Below, in pieces: positions 25,874-34,063 of a stretch of DNA of 40,000 nucleotides. Both the position numbers and the translations under genes were made by a program. The notes under the pieces were generated by a model that was given only the letters and a program-made list of their open reading frames with translations, was not told the origin of the DNA and did not search any database. Source of the DNA: an uncultured Clostridia bacterium (GTDB lineage: Bacteria; Bacillota; Clostridia; Oscillospirales; Ruminococcaceae); assembly GCA_947589215.1 (NCBI GenBank), contig CANQCL010000009.1:13303-53302 (forward strand), read 5' to 3'. How positions within the stretch are numbered: position 1 is the stretch's first letter; each line of letters starts with the position of its first letter.

Positions 25874-25919
25874 CAAAACGCACATTAATAAATTCCGTAT
25901 TAATTAAGGAGAATAATCA

Positions 25920-27377
25920 ATGGAACTGAAAAACAGCAGTATTAATGATATAAGAAAAGCTCTAGACGGGAAGGAAATTTCCGTAAAAGAGCTTACCGAC
26001 GAATACTACAGCCGTATTGAATCGGCAGATAAAAAGCTTGACTGCTTTATAACCCTTTCAAAAGAACAGGCTTATAAGGCTTGCGATAAAGCACAGGAGA
26101 AAATCAATAATGGGCAGGCTTCACCGCTAACTGGAATACCAATGGCGATTAAAGACAACATCTGTACAGAGGGTGTTAAAACCACCTGTGCGTCAAGAAT
26201 GCTTGAAAACTTTATTCCGCCTTACAACGCAACGGTTATGGATAAGCTAGAAAACGAGGGAATAGTAATGCTCGGAAAGGTTTCTATGGACGAGTTTGCA
26301 ATGGGCGGTTCGACTCAAACTGCGGCATTCAAGAAAACTAAAAACCCATACGATACTACGAGAGTACCGGGCGGTTCATCGGGCGGCTCGGCAAGCGCCG
26401 TTTCTGCCGACCTTTGCACAGCGGCTCTCGGCTCAGATACAGGAGGCTCAATACGTCAGCCTTCATCTTTCTGCGGAGTTACAGGTATGAAACCAACCTA
26501 CAGCCGTGTTTCAAGATACGGTTTGGTTGCGTTTGCATCATCTCTCGACCAGATAGGACCTGTAGCTAAAAACGCTCAGGACTGCGGAACTATACTAAAT
26601 GCTATCTGCGGCTTTGATATTCACGACGGAACATCTGCTAAAGTAGATGTTCCCGACTTTAACGCAAAAATAGGCAAGGATATAAAGGGGTTGAAAATTG
26701 CTCTGCCTAAAGAGTTTTTTGCCGATGGAATAGACGATGTTATAAAAACTGCGGTTTTAAAAGCCGCTGACGAATACAAGTCTATGGGCGCAGAGCTTGT
26801 AGAATGTTCTATGCCGTCGCTTAAATATGCAATTCCGGCATACTATCTTATTGCGTCTGCCGAAGCAGCTTCAAACCTTTCAAGATATGACGGTATAAAA
26901 TACGGCCACAGAACTGAAAAAAAGTGCGAGTCATATGACGAGCTTATAAAAGCGTCAAGGCGTGAGGGATTCGGCGACGAGGTTAAAAGAAGAATACTGC
27001 TCGGCAACTACGCTCTTTCGAGCGGTTACTACGACGCTTATTACGGAAAGGCAATGGCTTTAAGACAGCTTATAAGAAAAGAATACAACGATATTTTTGA
27101 AAAGTGCGATGTAATTTTAACACCTACAACGCCAACTACGGCATATCGCTGTGATGAAAACATATCTGACCCTGTAAAGATGTATCAGGCTGATATTTGC
27201 ACTGTTACCGTAAATATTGCAGGACTTCCTGCAATCTCGACCCCGTGCGGATATGACGATAAGGGACTTCCTATCGGAATGTCTATTATAGGAAAGCCTT
27301 TTGACGAGCAGACGGTAATTCAGACAGCGAACGCTTATGAAAAGAACTTTACAAGAGTTTTACCAAACATAGATTAA
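25920..27377 (+). CDS. gatA: Asp-tRNA(Asn)/Glu-tRNA(Gln) amidotransferase subunit A
   Basis: Amidase signature GGSSGGSASAV and KDNI, 485 aa. Confidence 0.95.
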   Translation: MELKNSSINDIRKALDGKEISVKELTDEYYSRIESADKKLDCFITLSKEQAYKACDKAQEKINNGQASPLTGIPMAIKDNICTEGVKTTCASRMLENFIPPYNATVMDKLENEGIVMLGKVSMDEFAMGGSTQTAAFKKTKNPYDTTRVPGGSSGGSASAVSADLCTAALGSDTGGSIRQPSSFCGVTGMKPTYSRVSRYGLVAFASSLDQIGPVAKNAQDCGTILNAICGFDIHDGTSAKVDVPDFNAKIGKDIKGLKIALPKEFFADGIDDVIKTAVLKAADEYKSMGAELVECSMPSLKYAIPAYYLIASAEAASNLSRYDGIKYGHRTEKKCESYDELIKASRREGFGDEVKRRILLGNYALSSGYYDAYYGKAMALRQLIRKEYNDIFEKCDVILTPTTPTTAYRCDENISDPVKMYQADICTVTVNIAGLPAISTPCGYDDKGLPIGMSIIGKPFDEQTVIQTANAYEKNFTRVLPNID

Positions 27378-27396
27378 TAAACGGAGGAACAGACAA

Positions 27397-28824
27397 ATGG
27401 AAAATAAATATATAACAGTCATCGGTCTTGAAATTCACTCCGAGCTGCTTACAAAATCAAAGGTTTTCTGCACCTGCAACGCTGAGTTCGGAGGCGACCA
27501 AAACACAAGGTGCTGTCCTGTATGTACAGGTATGCCGGGAACTCTGCCTGTTATCAATCAGACTGCCGTTGAATACGCAGTAAAAGCAGGCTTTGCTTTG
27601 GGCTGTAACATCAGCAAGTTTTCTGTGTTCGACAGAAAAAACTACTTCTATCCCGACCTGCCAAAGGCATATCAGATATCTCAGCTTCAAAGACCCCTCT
27701 GTTTAGACGGTCTTGTTCCTATTGAGGTCGACGGCAAAAAGAAAAATATCAGAATTAACCGTATACATCTTGAAGAGGACGCAGGAAAGCTTATACACGA
27801 CGATTTCAACGGCGTTTCGCTTGCCGACTACAACAGATGCGGAATACCTCTTATCGAGATAGTTACCGAGCCTGATATTTCATCTGCTGAGGAAGCACAG
27901 GCGTTTGTGTCGCAAATTGCACTTTTGCTAAAATACGCAGGTGTCAGCGACTGTAAAATGGAACAGGGTTCGTTGAGATGCGACGTAAATATTTCTCTTA
28001 TGAAGCCCGACGATAAAGAGTTCGGCACACGTGCGGAAATCAAGAACCTAAACTCAATAAAGGCAATCGGCAGAGCAATTAAATACGAGGAAAGACGTCA
28101 GGCTCTCTTGCTTGACGCAGGAAAGCGTGTTATCCAAGAAACAAGAAGATACAACGAAAACCGTGACGTCACCACTTCAATGAGAAATAAGGAGAACGCT
28201 CACGATTACAGATACTTTCCTGAGCCGGATATTTTGCAGGTAAATTTCACTGATGAAATGCTCGACGAGATAAAAGCTAAGCTCCCTGAAATGCCCGACA
28301 AAAGAATCAAGAGATACGTTGAGAGCTTCGGGCTAAGTGAAACAGACGCTAAAATATTAATTCAGTCTAAGGTCGTTTCTGATTTCTTTGACGATGCTGT
28401 AAAAGCATATAACAATCCAAAGAGCATAGCATCATTTATTCTGCGTGAATTTATGAGAAGACTCAATCTCGGTGAAATTGATTTGGATAATCTCAATTTC
28501 ACAGCTGAGGATCTTGCAGAACTGGTTAAGCTTTCTGACGAGGAAAAGGTGTCTTTAAACGACGCTAACAAGACGTTCAGAGAGATGGTCGAAACAGGAA
28601 AGCTATGCAGTGAAATTATAAAGGCAAACGGATACTTGATAGAGCTTGACAATTCAAAGGTAGAAGCAGGAATTGACGAGATTTTAGCAGCTAACCCCGA
28701 GCAGGTTGAACAGTACAGAAACGGCGAAACAAAGGTATTCGGCTTCTTTATGGGAAAATGCACAAAGGCGCTTAAAGGCGTCGGCACACCAAAGGTTATA
28801 AAAGAAATTTTAGAGAGCAAGCTT
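27397..28824 (+). other. GatB domain of the fusion ORF (codons 1-476)
   Basis: IGLEIHSEL, CPVCTGMPGTLPV, and the C-terminal YqeY-like FGFFMGKCTKALKGVGTPKVIKEILESKL. Confidence 0.88.
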
Positions 28825-30285
28825 AAATCCGGTGAAACACAACAGCAAACACAGACATCGGAAGAAAGTGCAAAGTCTGAAAGCAACTCAAAGCCTGACA
28901 CATCAAAGCTAACTAAATATGAAAACCCCGATAAATTCACACCAAAAACAAAAGCAGATAACGACAAGCTGTTAGTTATAAGCGGTAAAAACGTAATGCA
29001 GGAATTTGACGTTGAAACTGCTCAGAACAATATCGGCTCGGAGGTTGAGTTCTCCGGCTGTGTTCATAAGGTCAAATCAATGGGAAGCATCTCATTCGTT
29101 GTTATACGAACAGCGAGAGACGTTATTCAAACCGTATATAATAAGGATAACTGCAAGGACAGCATAGACGGTCTGCATGAGGGTTATTTTGTTCATATTA
29201 AGGGTACTGTAAACGAAAACAAGCGTGACCAAAACGGCATTGAGATAATTCTGAGTGAGATCAAACTGATCTCAAGACCTAAAGAGGAATACCCTCTCAA
29301 GATTTCTCAGGGCGAGCTTAAATGCACGTTAGATGTAAATCTCGACAACAGAAGCGTTTCTTTAAGAAACCCTTATCAGCGTGCTATTTTCAAGCTTCAG
29401 GAAGGGCTTGTTCAGGGTATGCACGAGTTTATGAAAATGAACAACTTCACTGAGATCCACACTCCGAAAATCGTTGCTCAGGGCGCAGAGGGCGGAGCAA
29501 ATATATTCAAGATAGATTATTTCGGTCACCCTGCATTTTTGAACCAGTCTCCTCAGTTTTATAAGCAGGCTGCTATCGCTTTCTATGACAGAGTTTATGA
29601 AATAGCCCCTGTTTACAGAGCAGAAAAGCACGCAACATCACGTCATATAAACGAGTATATCGGTCTTGACTTTGAGATGGGATACATCGATAGTATGTAT
29701 GATGTTATGAATATGGAAACGGCAATGCTCAAACATATTTTTGCGTACATTGAGAAAAACTACTCTAAGGAAATAAAACTTCTCAACGCTGATGTTCCGC
29801 ATATTACTGATATACCATCAATAAGGTTTTCTGACGCTATTGAACTTTTGCGAGGCAAGAATGTTTCAACGAAGTTCGATTTAGACCCTGAGGACGAGGT
29901 AAATCTCTGCAAGTATGCAAAAGAAAAGTATGACAGCGAGTTTATATTCATAACCCACTTCCCCAGCTCTAAACCTCCGTTTTACGCTATGGACGACAGA
30001 GAAGACCCTAAAGCCGCATATAAGTTTGACCTTATATTCAGAGGGCTTGAGATAACCTCAGGCGGTCAAAGAATTCACGATTATGACGAGCAGGTAGCAA
30101 AAATGAAACGTCAGGGATTAGACCCTGCCGACTTTGAAAATTATCTGGAGTCTCATAAGTACGGTCTTCCTCCGCACGGCGGTTTGGGAATAGGTCTGGA
30201 ACGTCTTTTGATGAAGCTTCTTAACTACTCAAATATTCGTGAAACATCAATGTTCCCAAGAGATTTAAACAGATTGCTGCCATAA
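27397..30285 (+). CDS. gatB: fusion protein: amidotransferase subunit GatB joined to an archaeal-type aspartyl-tRNA synthetase
   Basis: A single 962-codon ORF. The N-terminal 476 aa are GatB through the YqeY-like tail (..KVIKEILESKL). A 48-aa linker follows, then a 438-aa class IIb AspRS (LNQSPQFYKQ, VYRAEKHATSRHINEY, SGGQRIH, GLPPHGGLGIGLERL, FPRDLNRLLP). Confidence 0.9.
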   Translation: MENKYITVIGLEIHSELLTKSKVFCTCNAEFGGDQNTRCCPVCTGMPGTLPVINQTAVEYAVKAGFALGCNISKFSVFDRKNYFYPDLPKAYQISQLQRPLCLDGLVPIEVDGKKKNIRINRIHLEEDAGKLIHDDFNGVSLADYNRCGIPLIEIVTEPDISSAEEAQAFVSQIALLLKYAGVSDCKMEQGSLRCDVNISLMKPDDKEFGTRAEIKNLNSIKAIGRAIKYEERRQALLLDAGKRVIQETRRYNENRDVTTSMRNKENAHDYRYFPEPDILQVNFTDEMLDEIKAKLPEMPDKRIKRYVESFGLSETDAKILIQSKVVSDFFDDAVKAYNNPKSIASFILREFMRRLNLGEIDLDNLNFTAEDLAELVKLSDEEKVSLNDANKTFREMVETGKLCSEIIKANGYLIELDNSKVEAGIDEILAANPEQVEQYRNGETKVFGFFMGKCTKALKGVGTPKVIKEILESKLKSGETQQQTQTSEESAKSESNSKPDTSKLTKYENPDKFTPKTKADNDKLLVISGKNVMQEFDVETAQNNIGSEVEFSGCVHKVKSMGSISFVVIRTARDVIQTVYNKDNCKDSIDGLHEGYFVHIKGTVNENKRDQNGIEIILSEIKLISRPKEEYPLKISQGELKCTLDVNLDNRSVSLRNPYQRAIFKLQEGLVQGMHEFMKMNNFTEIHTPKIVAQGAEGGANIFKIDYFGHPAFLNQSPQFYKQAAIAFYDRVYEIAPVYRAEKHATSRHINEYIGLDFEMGYIDSMYDVMNMETAMLKHIFAYIEKNYSKEIKLLNADVPHITDIPSIRFSDAIELLRGKNVSTKFDLDPEDEVNLCKYAKEKYDSEFIFITHFPSSKPPFYAMDDREDPKAAYKFDLIFRGLEITSGGQRIHDYDEQVAKMKRQGLDPADFENYLESHKYGLPPHGGLGIGLERLLMKLLNYSNIRETSMFPRDLNRLLP
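28825..28968 (+). other. low-complexity K/S/E/T/Q linker (codons 477-524)
   Basis: KSGETQQQTQTSEESAKSESNSKPDTSKLTKYENPDKFTPKTKADNDK. It stays in frame, with no stop codon and no obvious internal SD+ATG. Confidence 0.8.
28969..30285 (+). other. aspS: archaeal/eukaryal-type AspRS domain of the fusion ORF (codons 525-962)
   Basis: An OB-fold (VEFSGCVHKVKSMGSISFVVIRTARDVIQTVY) plus all three class II motifs. Collinear along its whole length with Pyrococcus-type AspRS (recalled from memory). Confidence 0.88.
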
Positions 30286-30385
30286 TTTTTTATCACATTG
30301 TTGTCACATTGAAGATTTATTATATGTGCAATGCCTTTTAGGTTATAAACATTGACACGCTCAATTAAAAGAATGGAGAAATAAT

Positions 30386-31834
30386 ATGGACGAGAACAAA
30401 AATCAAGAGGAAATTTTGAATGAAGAACTTCAATCCTATGAAAATCCATCTAATGAAACTCAATCTGATGAGGTAATTTCTGATGATATCCTAGACGATG
30501 AAAATTCTGAAAACGACGCCGATATTTCAGATAATGTATTTGATGCTGAAAGCACATATACTCCGATTTTGGGTGAGGACGCTGAAACTGATAATTTAAC
30601 AGAAAGTGATTCTGTTAAAAAGAAAACAGATTTAACTACAAAAATTTTGATACCTGTTATTGTTGTTCTTGCGGCAGTAATTGTTACACTTGTACTTCTT
30701 GAAGTAAACAGATCTAAAATTAATGCTTCATCTAACAGCTATACCAATTCAGCTTTGGCAAGCTCTAATGCTCAGGTTCCCGAACCTTCTTTTAAAATAG
30801 ACGGAAAAAAAGTTAACACCGATGATTTGGTATTTTTAAAAATTGGTGAATATGAGGTAGGCTTTGACGAGCTTAGAAACTGCTATTATCAATTTTTATA
30901 CAACTACGGTCCATACTATGGCGTATCTGAGGACACCTTCAAAAGTGCAAGCGGCGATGAACTTAAAAGTATGTTCAGTTCATTCAAGGACAGTCTTGCC
31001 GAATATATAAAAGGCGGTTATGTTCACGCAAGCTATGCAAAGGAACACAACATAACCCTTGATAAAGAAGATGAAAAAACTGTTGCGGATAGAATTAAGT
31101 CGATAAAAGATGAACAGGGCGATAATTATAAATCTTTCTTAAAAGAAAACTATATGACTGAAAATTATCTTAATATAGCTATGAGAAACAATGTTATGGC
31201 TGATAAGGTTGAAGAAGCACTGTCTATTCCTGAGAAGGATTTTTATAAAACCGCTGAAAAAGAGCTTTATCAGGTAAAGCAAATATTTATTCCTTTTGGC
31301 TCTGAAGAAAAAATATCAGACGAAGTATTATCTTCAAACAGCATTAAGGATTATGATAAGCTTTCTAAGCCTGAAAGGGCTGAGGCAATCCTTTCAAATT
31401 ATGAGGCTTTAAGCGACAGTAAACAAAAACAGGCTAAAAATGCTTCTAAAAAGGTTGCCGACAATATTTACAAGAAGCTTAAATCCGGTGCAGATTTTGA
31501 TACTTTGATGAAGAATAACACTTATGATTCCTTGTATGAGAGTTATCCTAAGGGTGTATTAGTAGGCAAGGATTATGAATACGACGAAGCTTATCTCGAA
31601 ACGGCATTGAAATTAAAAGAAAATGAAATGAGCGAGGTCATTGAATCAAGCTCAGGATATCATATTATTATGCGTGTTCCCTTTGATAAGAAGTATATCA
31701 ATAAAAATATTGATTACTTTGCTCAAACCTATAATGACAGCGCTGTCAATAAAGTTCTGTATAAGGTATATGAAGATCTTGATATTGAACAAACCGATAC
31801 TTACAAAAATTTTCAGTACGGAGATTTAACTTAG
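30386..31834 (+). CDS. membrane-anchored PpiC/parvulin-type peptidyl-prolyl isomerase (PrsA/SurA-like)
   Basis: Acidic ~95-aa N-terminal tail, TM helix ILIPVIVVLAAVIVTLVLL, and a C-terminal parvulin block SSSGYHIIMRVPF. Confidence 0.7.
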   Translation: MDENKNQEEILNEELQSYENPSNETQSDEVISDDILDDENSENDADISDNVFDAESTYTPILGEDAETDNLTESDSVKKKTDLTTKILIPVIVVLAAVIVTLVLLEVNRSKINASSNSYTNSALASSNAQVPEPSFKIDGKKVNTDDLVFLKIGEYEVGFDELRNCYYQFLYNYGPYYGVSEDTFKSASGDELKSMFSSFKDSLAEYIKGGYVHASYAKEHNITLDKEDEKTVADRIKSIKDEQGDNYKSFLKENYMTENYLNIAMRNNVMADKVEEALSIPEKDFYKTAEKELYQVKQIFIPFGSEEKISDEVLSSNSIKDYDKLSKPERAEAILSNYEALSDSKQKQAKNASKKVADNIYKKLKSGADFDTLMKNNTYDSLYESYPKGVLVGKDYEYDEAYLETALKLKENEMSEVIESSSGYHIIMRVPFDKKYINKNIDYFAQTYNDSAVNKVLYKVYEDLDIEQTDTYKNFQYGDLT

Positions 31835-31856
31835 TATAAATATAATAAGAGTTTAA

Positions 31857-31887
31857 AGCAGAAGTATAAAAGCTTCTGCTTTTTTTA
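31857..31887 (+). terminator. intrinsic terminator after the PrsA-like gene
   Basis: AGCAGAAG-8 nt-CTTCTGCT followed by TTTTTTTATTTTT. Confidence 0.75.
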
Positions 31888-31938
31888 TTTTTAACCAATC
31901 ATATATAATCTCAGCCTTTTAAAAAATTATAAAAAAAA

Positions 31939-31952
31939 TAAACATTTGTTCT
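31939..31952. promoter_or_regulatory. LexA-like box 1 at the dinB promoter (one arm mismatch)
   Basis: TAAACATTTGTTCT (AAAC-N4-GTTC) abuts the -35. It differs by one base from the box at 19857, within the last 13 nt. Confidence 0.45.
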
Positions 31953-31980
31953 TGACAACTGCAAACAAATGTTCTATAAT
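31952..31980 (+). promoter_or_regulatory. consensus sigma-A promoter of dinB
   Basis: TTGACA (31952-31957), a 17-nt spacer, then TATAAT (31975-31980). Confidence 0.65.
31962..31975. promoter_or_regulatory. LexA-like box 2 in the dinB promoter spacer
   Basis: CAAACAAATGTTCT (AAAC-N4-GTTC) lies between -35 and -10. Confidence 0.45.
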
Positions 31981-31988
31981 AGTATAAA

Positions 31989-32002
31989 AGAACATAGGTT
32001 CG
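31989..32002. promoter_or_regulatory. LexA (Cheo-type) SOS box 3 downstream of the dinB -10
   Basis: AGAACATAGGTTCG has the form GAAC-N4-GTTC with perfect arms, ~9 nt after the -10. Confidence 0.65.
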
Positions 32003-32057
32003 TTAATACTATATTAAAACGCTTAGCGTAACATTATGAATTTAGTAAAAGGAATGA

Positions 32058-33344
32058 ATGGTTATGGAAACAAAAAAGGAAAGAGTAATACTTCACATTG
32101 ATATGAACAATTGCTACGCATCTATTGAATGTAAGCTCAACCCGGAATTAAGCGGAAAATGCGTAGCTGTTGCAGGAAATCAGGAGGAACGTCACGGGAT
32201 AATTCTTGCCAAAAATGAACTTGCTAAAAGCTATGGCGTTAAAACAGGAGAACCTATATGGCAGGCAAAGCAAAAATGTCCCGAGCTTGTTACAGTACCT
32301 CCTCACTATGAAGAATACTTAAAGCACTCAAAGGCGGCAAGAAAAATATACTCTGACTACACAGACAAGATCGAGCCGTTCGGAATAGACGAATGTTGGA
32401 TAGATATAACTGGTTATTGGCGAAACGGTAAGCAGGCAGACGGAAAAGCTATAGCCGATGAGATAAGAGAACGGGTAAAATCAGAGCTTGGGATAACAGT
32501 TTCTATCGGCGTAAGCTTTAACAAAATATTTGCAAAGCTTGGCTCTGATATGAAAAAACCGGACGCAACCACAGTTATCACATATGAAGGAAAGGATTGC
32601 TTTAGAGATAAAGTATTTCCTCTTGATGTTGGAGAGCTTTTGTATGTGGGAAAAGCTACAAAGAAAAGGCTCAATCAAAGAGGTATTTTCACTATTGGTG
32701 AACTGGCACAAACCCCCATATCAAAGCTTCAAAGCTGGCTGGGAAAATGGGGGCAATATCTTTGGGTTTATGCAAACGGACTTGATATATCTCCCGTTGA
32801 GAATGACGGCAATAAGCCATTGGTCAAATCGGTCAGCAACGGAACGACATCATACCGTGACCTTGAAAACGACAACGACGTAAAAATAATCACTTTTGCG
32901 CTTGCAGAAAGCATAGCTTCAAGACTTCGTGCTATTCACTCTAAGTGCGGAGCAATCTCAATTTCGGTTAAGAACAATAAGCTATACACCTATTCAAAAC
33001 AAAAAAAGCTTCACATACCTATTGATGACGCCTATGAAATAGCAAAAATCGCACTTTCCCTCTACAAAGATTCCTACAACTGGGCGGCAGGAAACCCTAT
33101 CCGTGCCATTTCAATTTGCGTTTACGAGCTTTATGATATCTATTCCGACTATCAAACCTCTATTTTTGAAAATTCAGACACAAGCAAAAAGCACGAAAAC
33201 CTCAACAAAACGGTAGACCGCCTAAGAGAGAAATACGGCTACACTTGTATAAGGCGGGCAATTGTTATAAGCGACAGAGGATTTGCAAATTTCTCAACTA
33301 AGATACAAAACGAAGTACATCCTGTTGGGGTATTTCACTCTTAG
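32058..33344 (+). CDS. dinB: Y-family DNA polymerase IV
   Basis: HIDMNNCYASIE and SIGVSFNKIFAKLGSDMKKPD match the Y-family palm motifs. ATG 32064 (METKKER) is an alternative start. Confidence 0.9.
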   Translation: MVMETKKERVILHIDMNNCYASIECKLNPELSGKCVAVAGNQEERHGIILAKNELAKSYGVKTGEPIWQAKQKCPELVTVPPHYEEYLKHSKAARKIYSDYTDKIEPFGIDECWIDITGYWRNGKQADGKAIADEIRERVKSELGITVSIGVSFNKIFAKLGSDMKKPDATTVITYEGKDCFRDKVFPLDVGELLYVGKATKKRLNQRGIFTIGELAQTPISKLQSWLGKWGQYLWVYANGLDISPVENDGNKPLVKSVSNGTTSYRDLENDNDVKIITFALAESIASRLRAIHSKCGAISISVKNNKLYTYSKQKKLHIPIDDAYEIAKIALSLYKDSYNWAAGNPIRAISICVYELYDIYSDYQTSIFENSDTSKKHENLNKTVDRLREKYGYTCIRRAIVISDRGFANFSTKIQNEVHPVGVFHS

Positions 33345-33398
33345 ACCGGCGGTAAAGCAGGAGACAATATACAAGAAGTTAGAGGTCAGATGCAAGAG

Positions 33399-33435
33399 AA
33401 GAGCGTTCGGAAAATTTCCGAACGCTCTTGTTTTT
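33399..33435 (+). terminator. intrinsic terminator after dinB
   Basis: AAGAGCGTTCGG-aaaattt-CCGAACGCTCTT is a 12-bp stem followed by GTTTTT. The core is near-identical to the hairpin at 11238. Confidence 0.7.
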
Positions 33436-33568
33436 AACAGCTATGTACGACCCTCCATTGTACAAGCCCTAATAATTTTCAAACTTTTTATAGGCGGCAA
33501 TGCGTGCAGGGGCACCCCTGCCGGCTCGCCGGTCTTGCTTCTTGCCTTTTGCTGCTGAGCGCCGTTTC

Positions 33569-34063
33569 CTAAACATCATAGACAAAGACAAAATCGTCCA
33601 TAACGAAGTCTTCTCCTATATCGGCTATCTGCGTCCGCTCTATGTACATTCCAAACTTCTTGTAAATCTCTATCGAGTGCTTATTTCCCCTGTTTACAGT
33701 AAGCCAGATTTTTGAAAGCCCTCGTTTTTTTGCTTCTTCTTTCAAGAACTCAAAAGCCTGTCTTGAAAACCCTTTGCCTCTTTCCGATTTAAGCAAATAG
33801 ATTTTTGAAAGAAACAGCACTCCGCCTTCCTGCTCAACAAAACCGAAATAACCTACGCTTTTACCGTTCTCTACAAAGTTGTAATATTCGTAGTTCTGCT
33901 TTTTGATTTGCTCTGCTATAACCTCAGCTGACTGAAATTTCTGTACCATATATTCTATTTGTTCCTCGGAAATTATGCTGATATAATGCTCGTTCCAGAT
34001 TTCGCTTGCAAGTCTGGCTGTTTCCTCAATTTGTTTTTTAGTTCTAACCTTTCTAAGCTCCAT
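33569..34063 (-). CDS. GNAT-family N-acetyltransferase
   Basis: Motif A RGKGFSRQAFEFL, 164 aa. The start overlaps the upstream stop (TAATG). Confidence 0.8.
   Translation of the reverse strand: MELRKVRTKKQIEETARLASEIWNEHYISIISEEQIEYMVQKFQSAEVIAEQIKKQNYEYYNFVENGKSVGYFGFVEQEGGVLFLSKIYLLKSERGKGFSRQAFEFLKEEAKKRGLSKIWLTVNRGNKHSIEIYKKFGMYIERTQIADIGEDFVMDDFVFVYDV

Noticed and set aside
33283-33715. ORFs 33283-33558(+) and 33500-33715(+) in the dinB-GNAT intergenic region as real genes.
   Set aside because: The first starts inside dinB and runs through its terminator. The second is antisense to the GNAT 3' end. Neither has an SD or a recognisable domain. The GC-rich stretch is covered in the hairpin-family finding instead.
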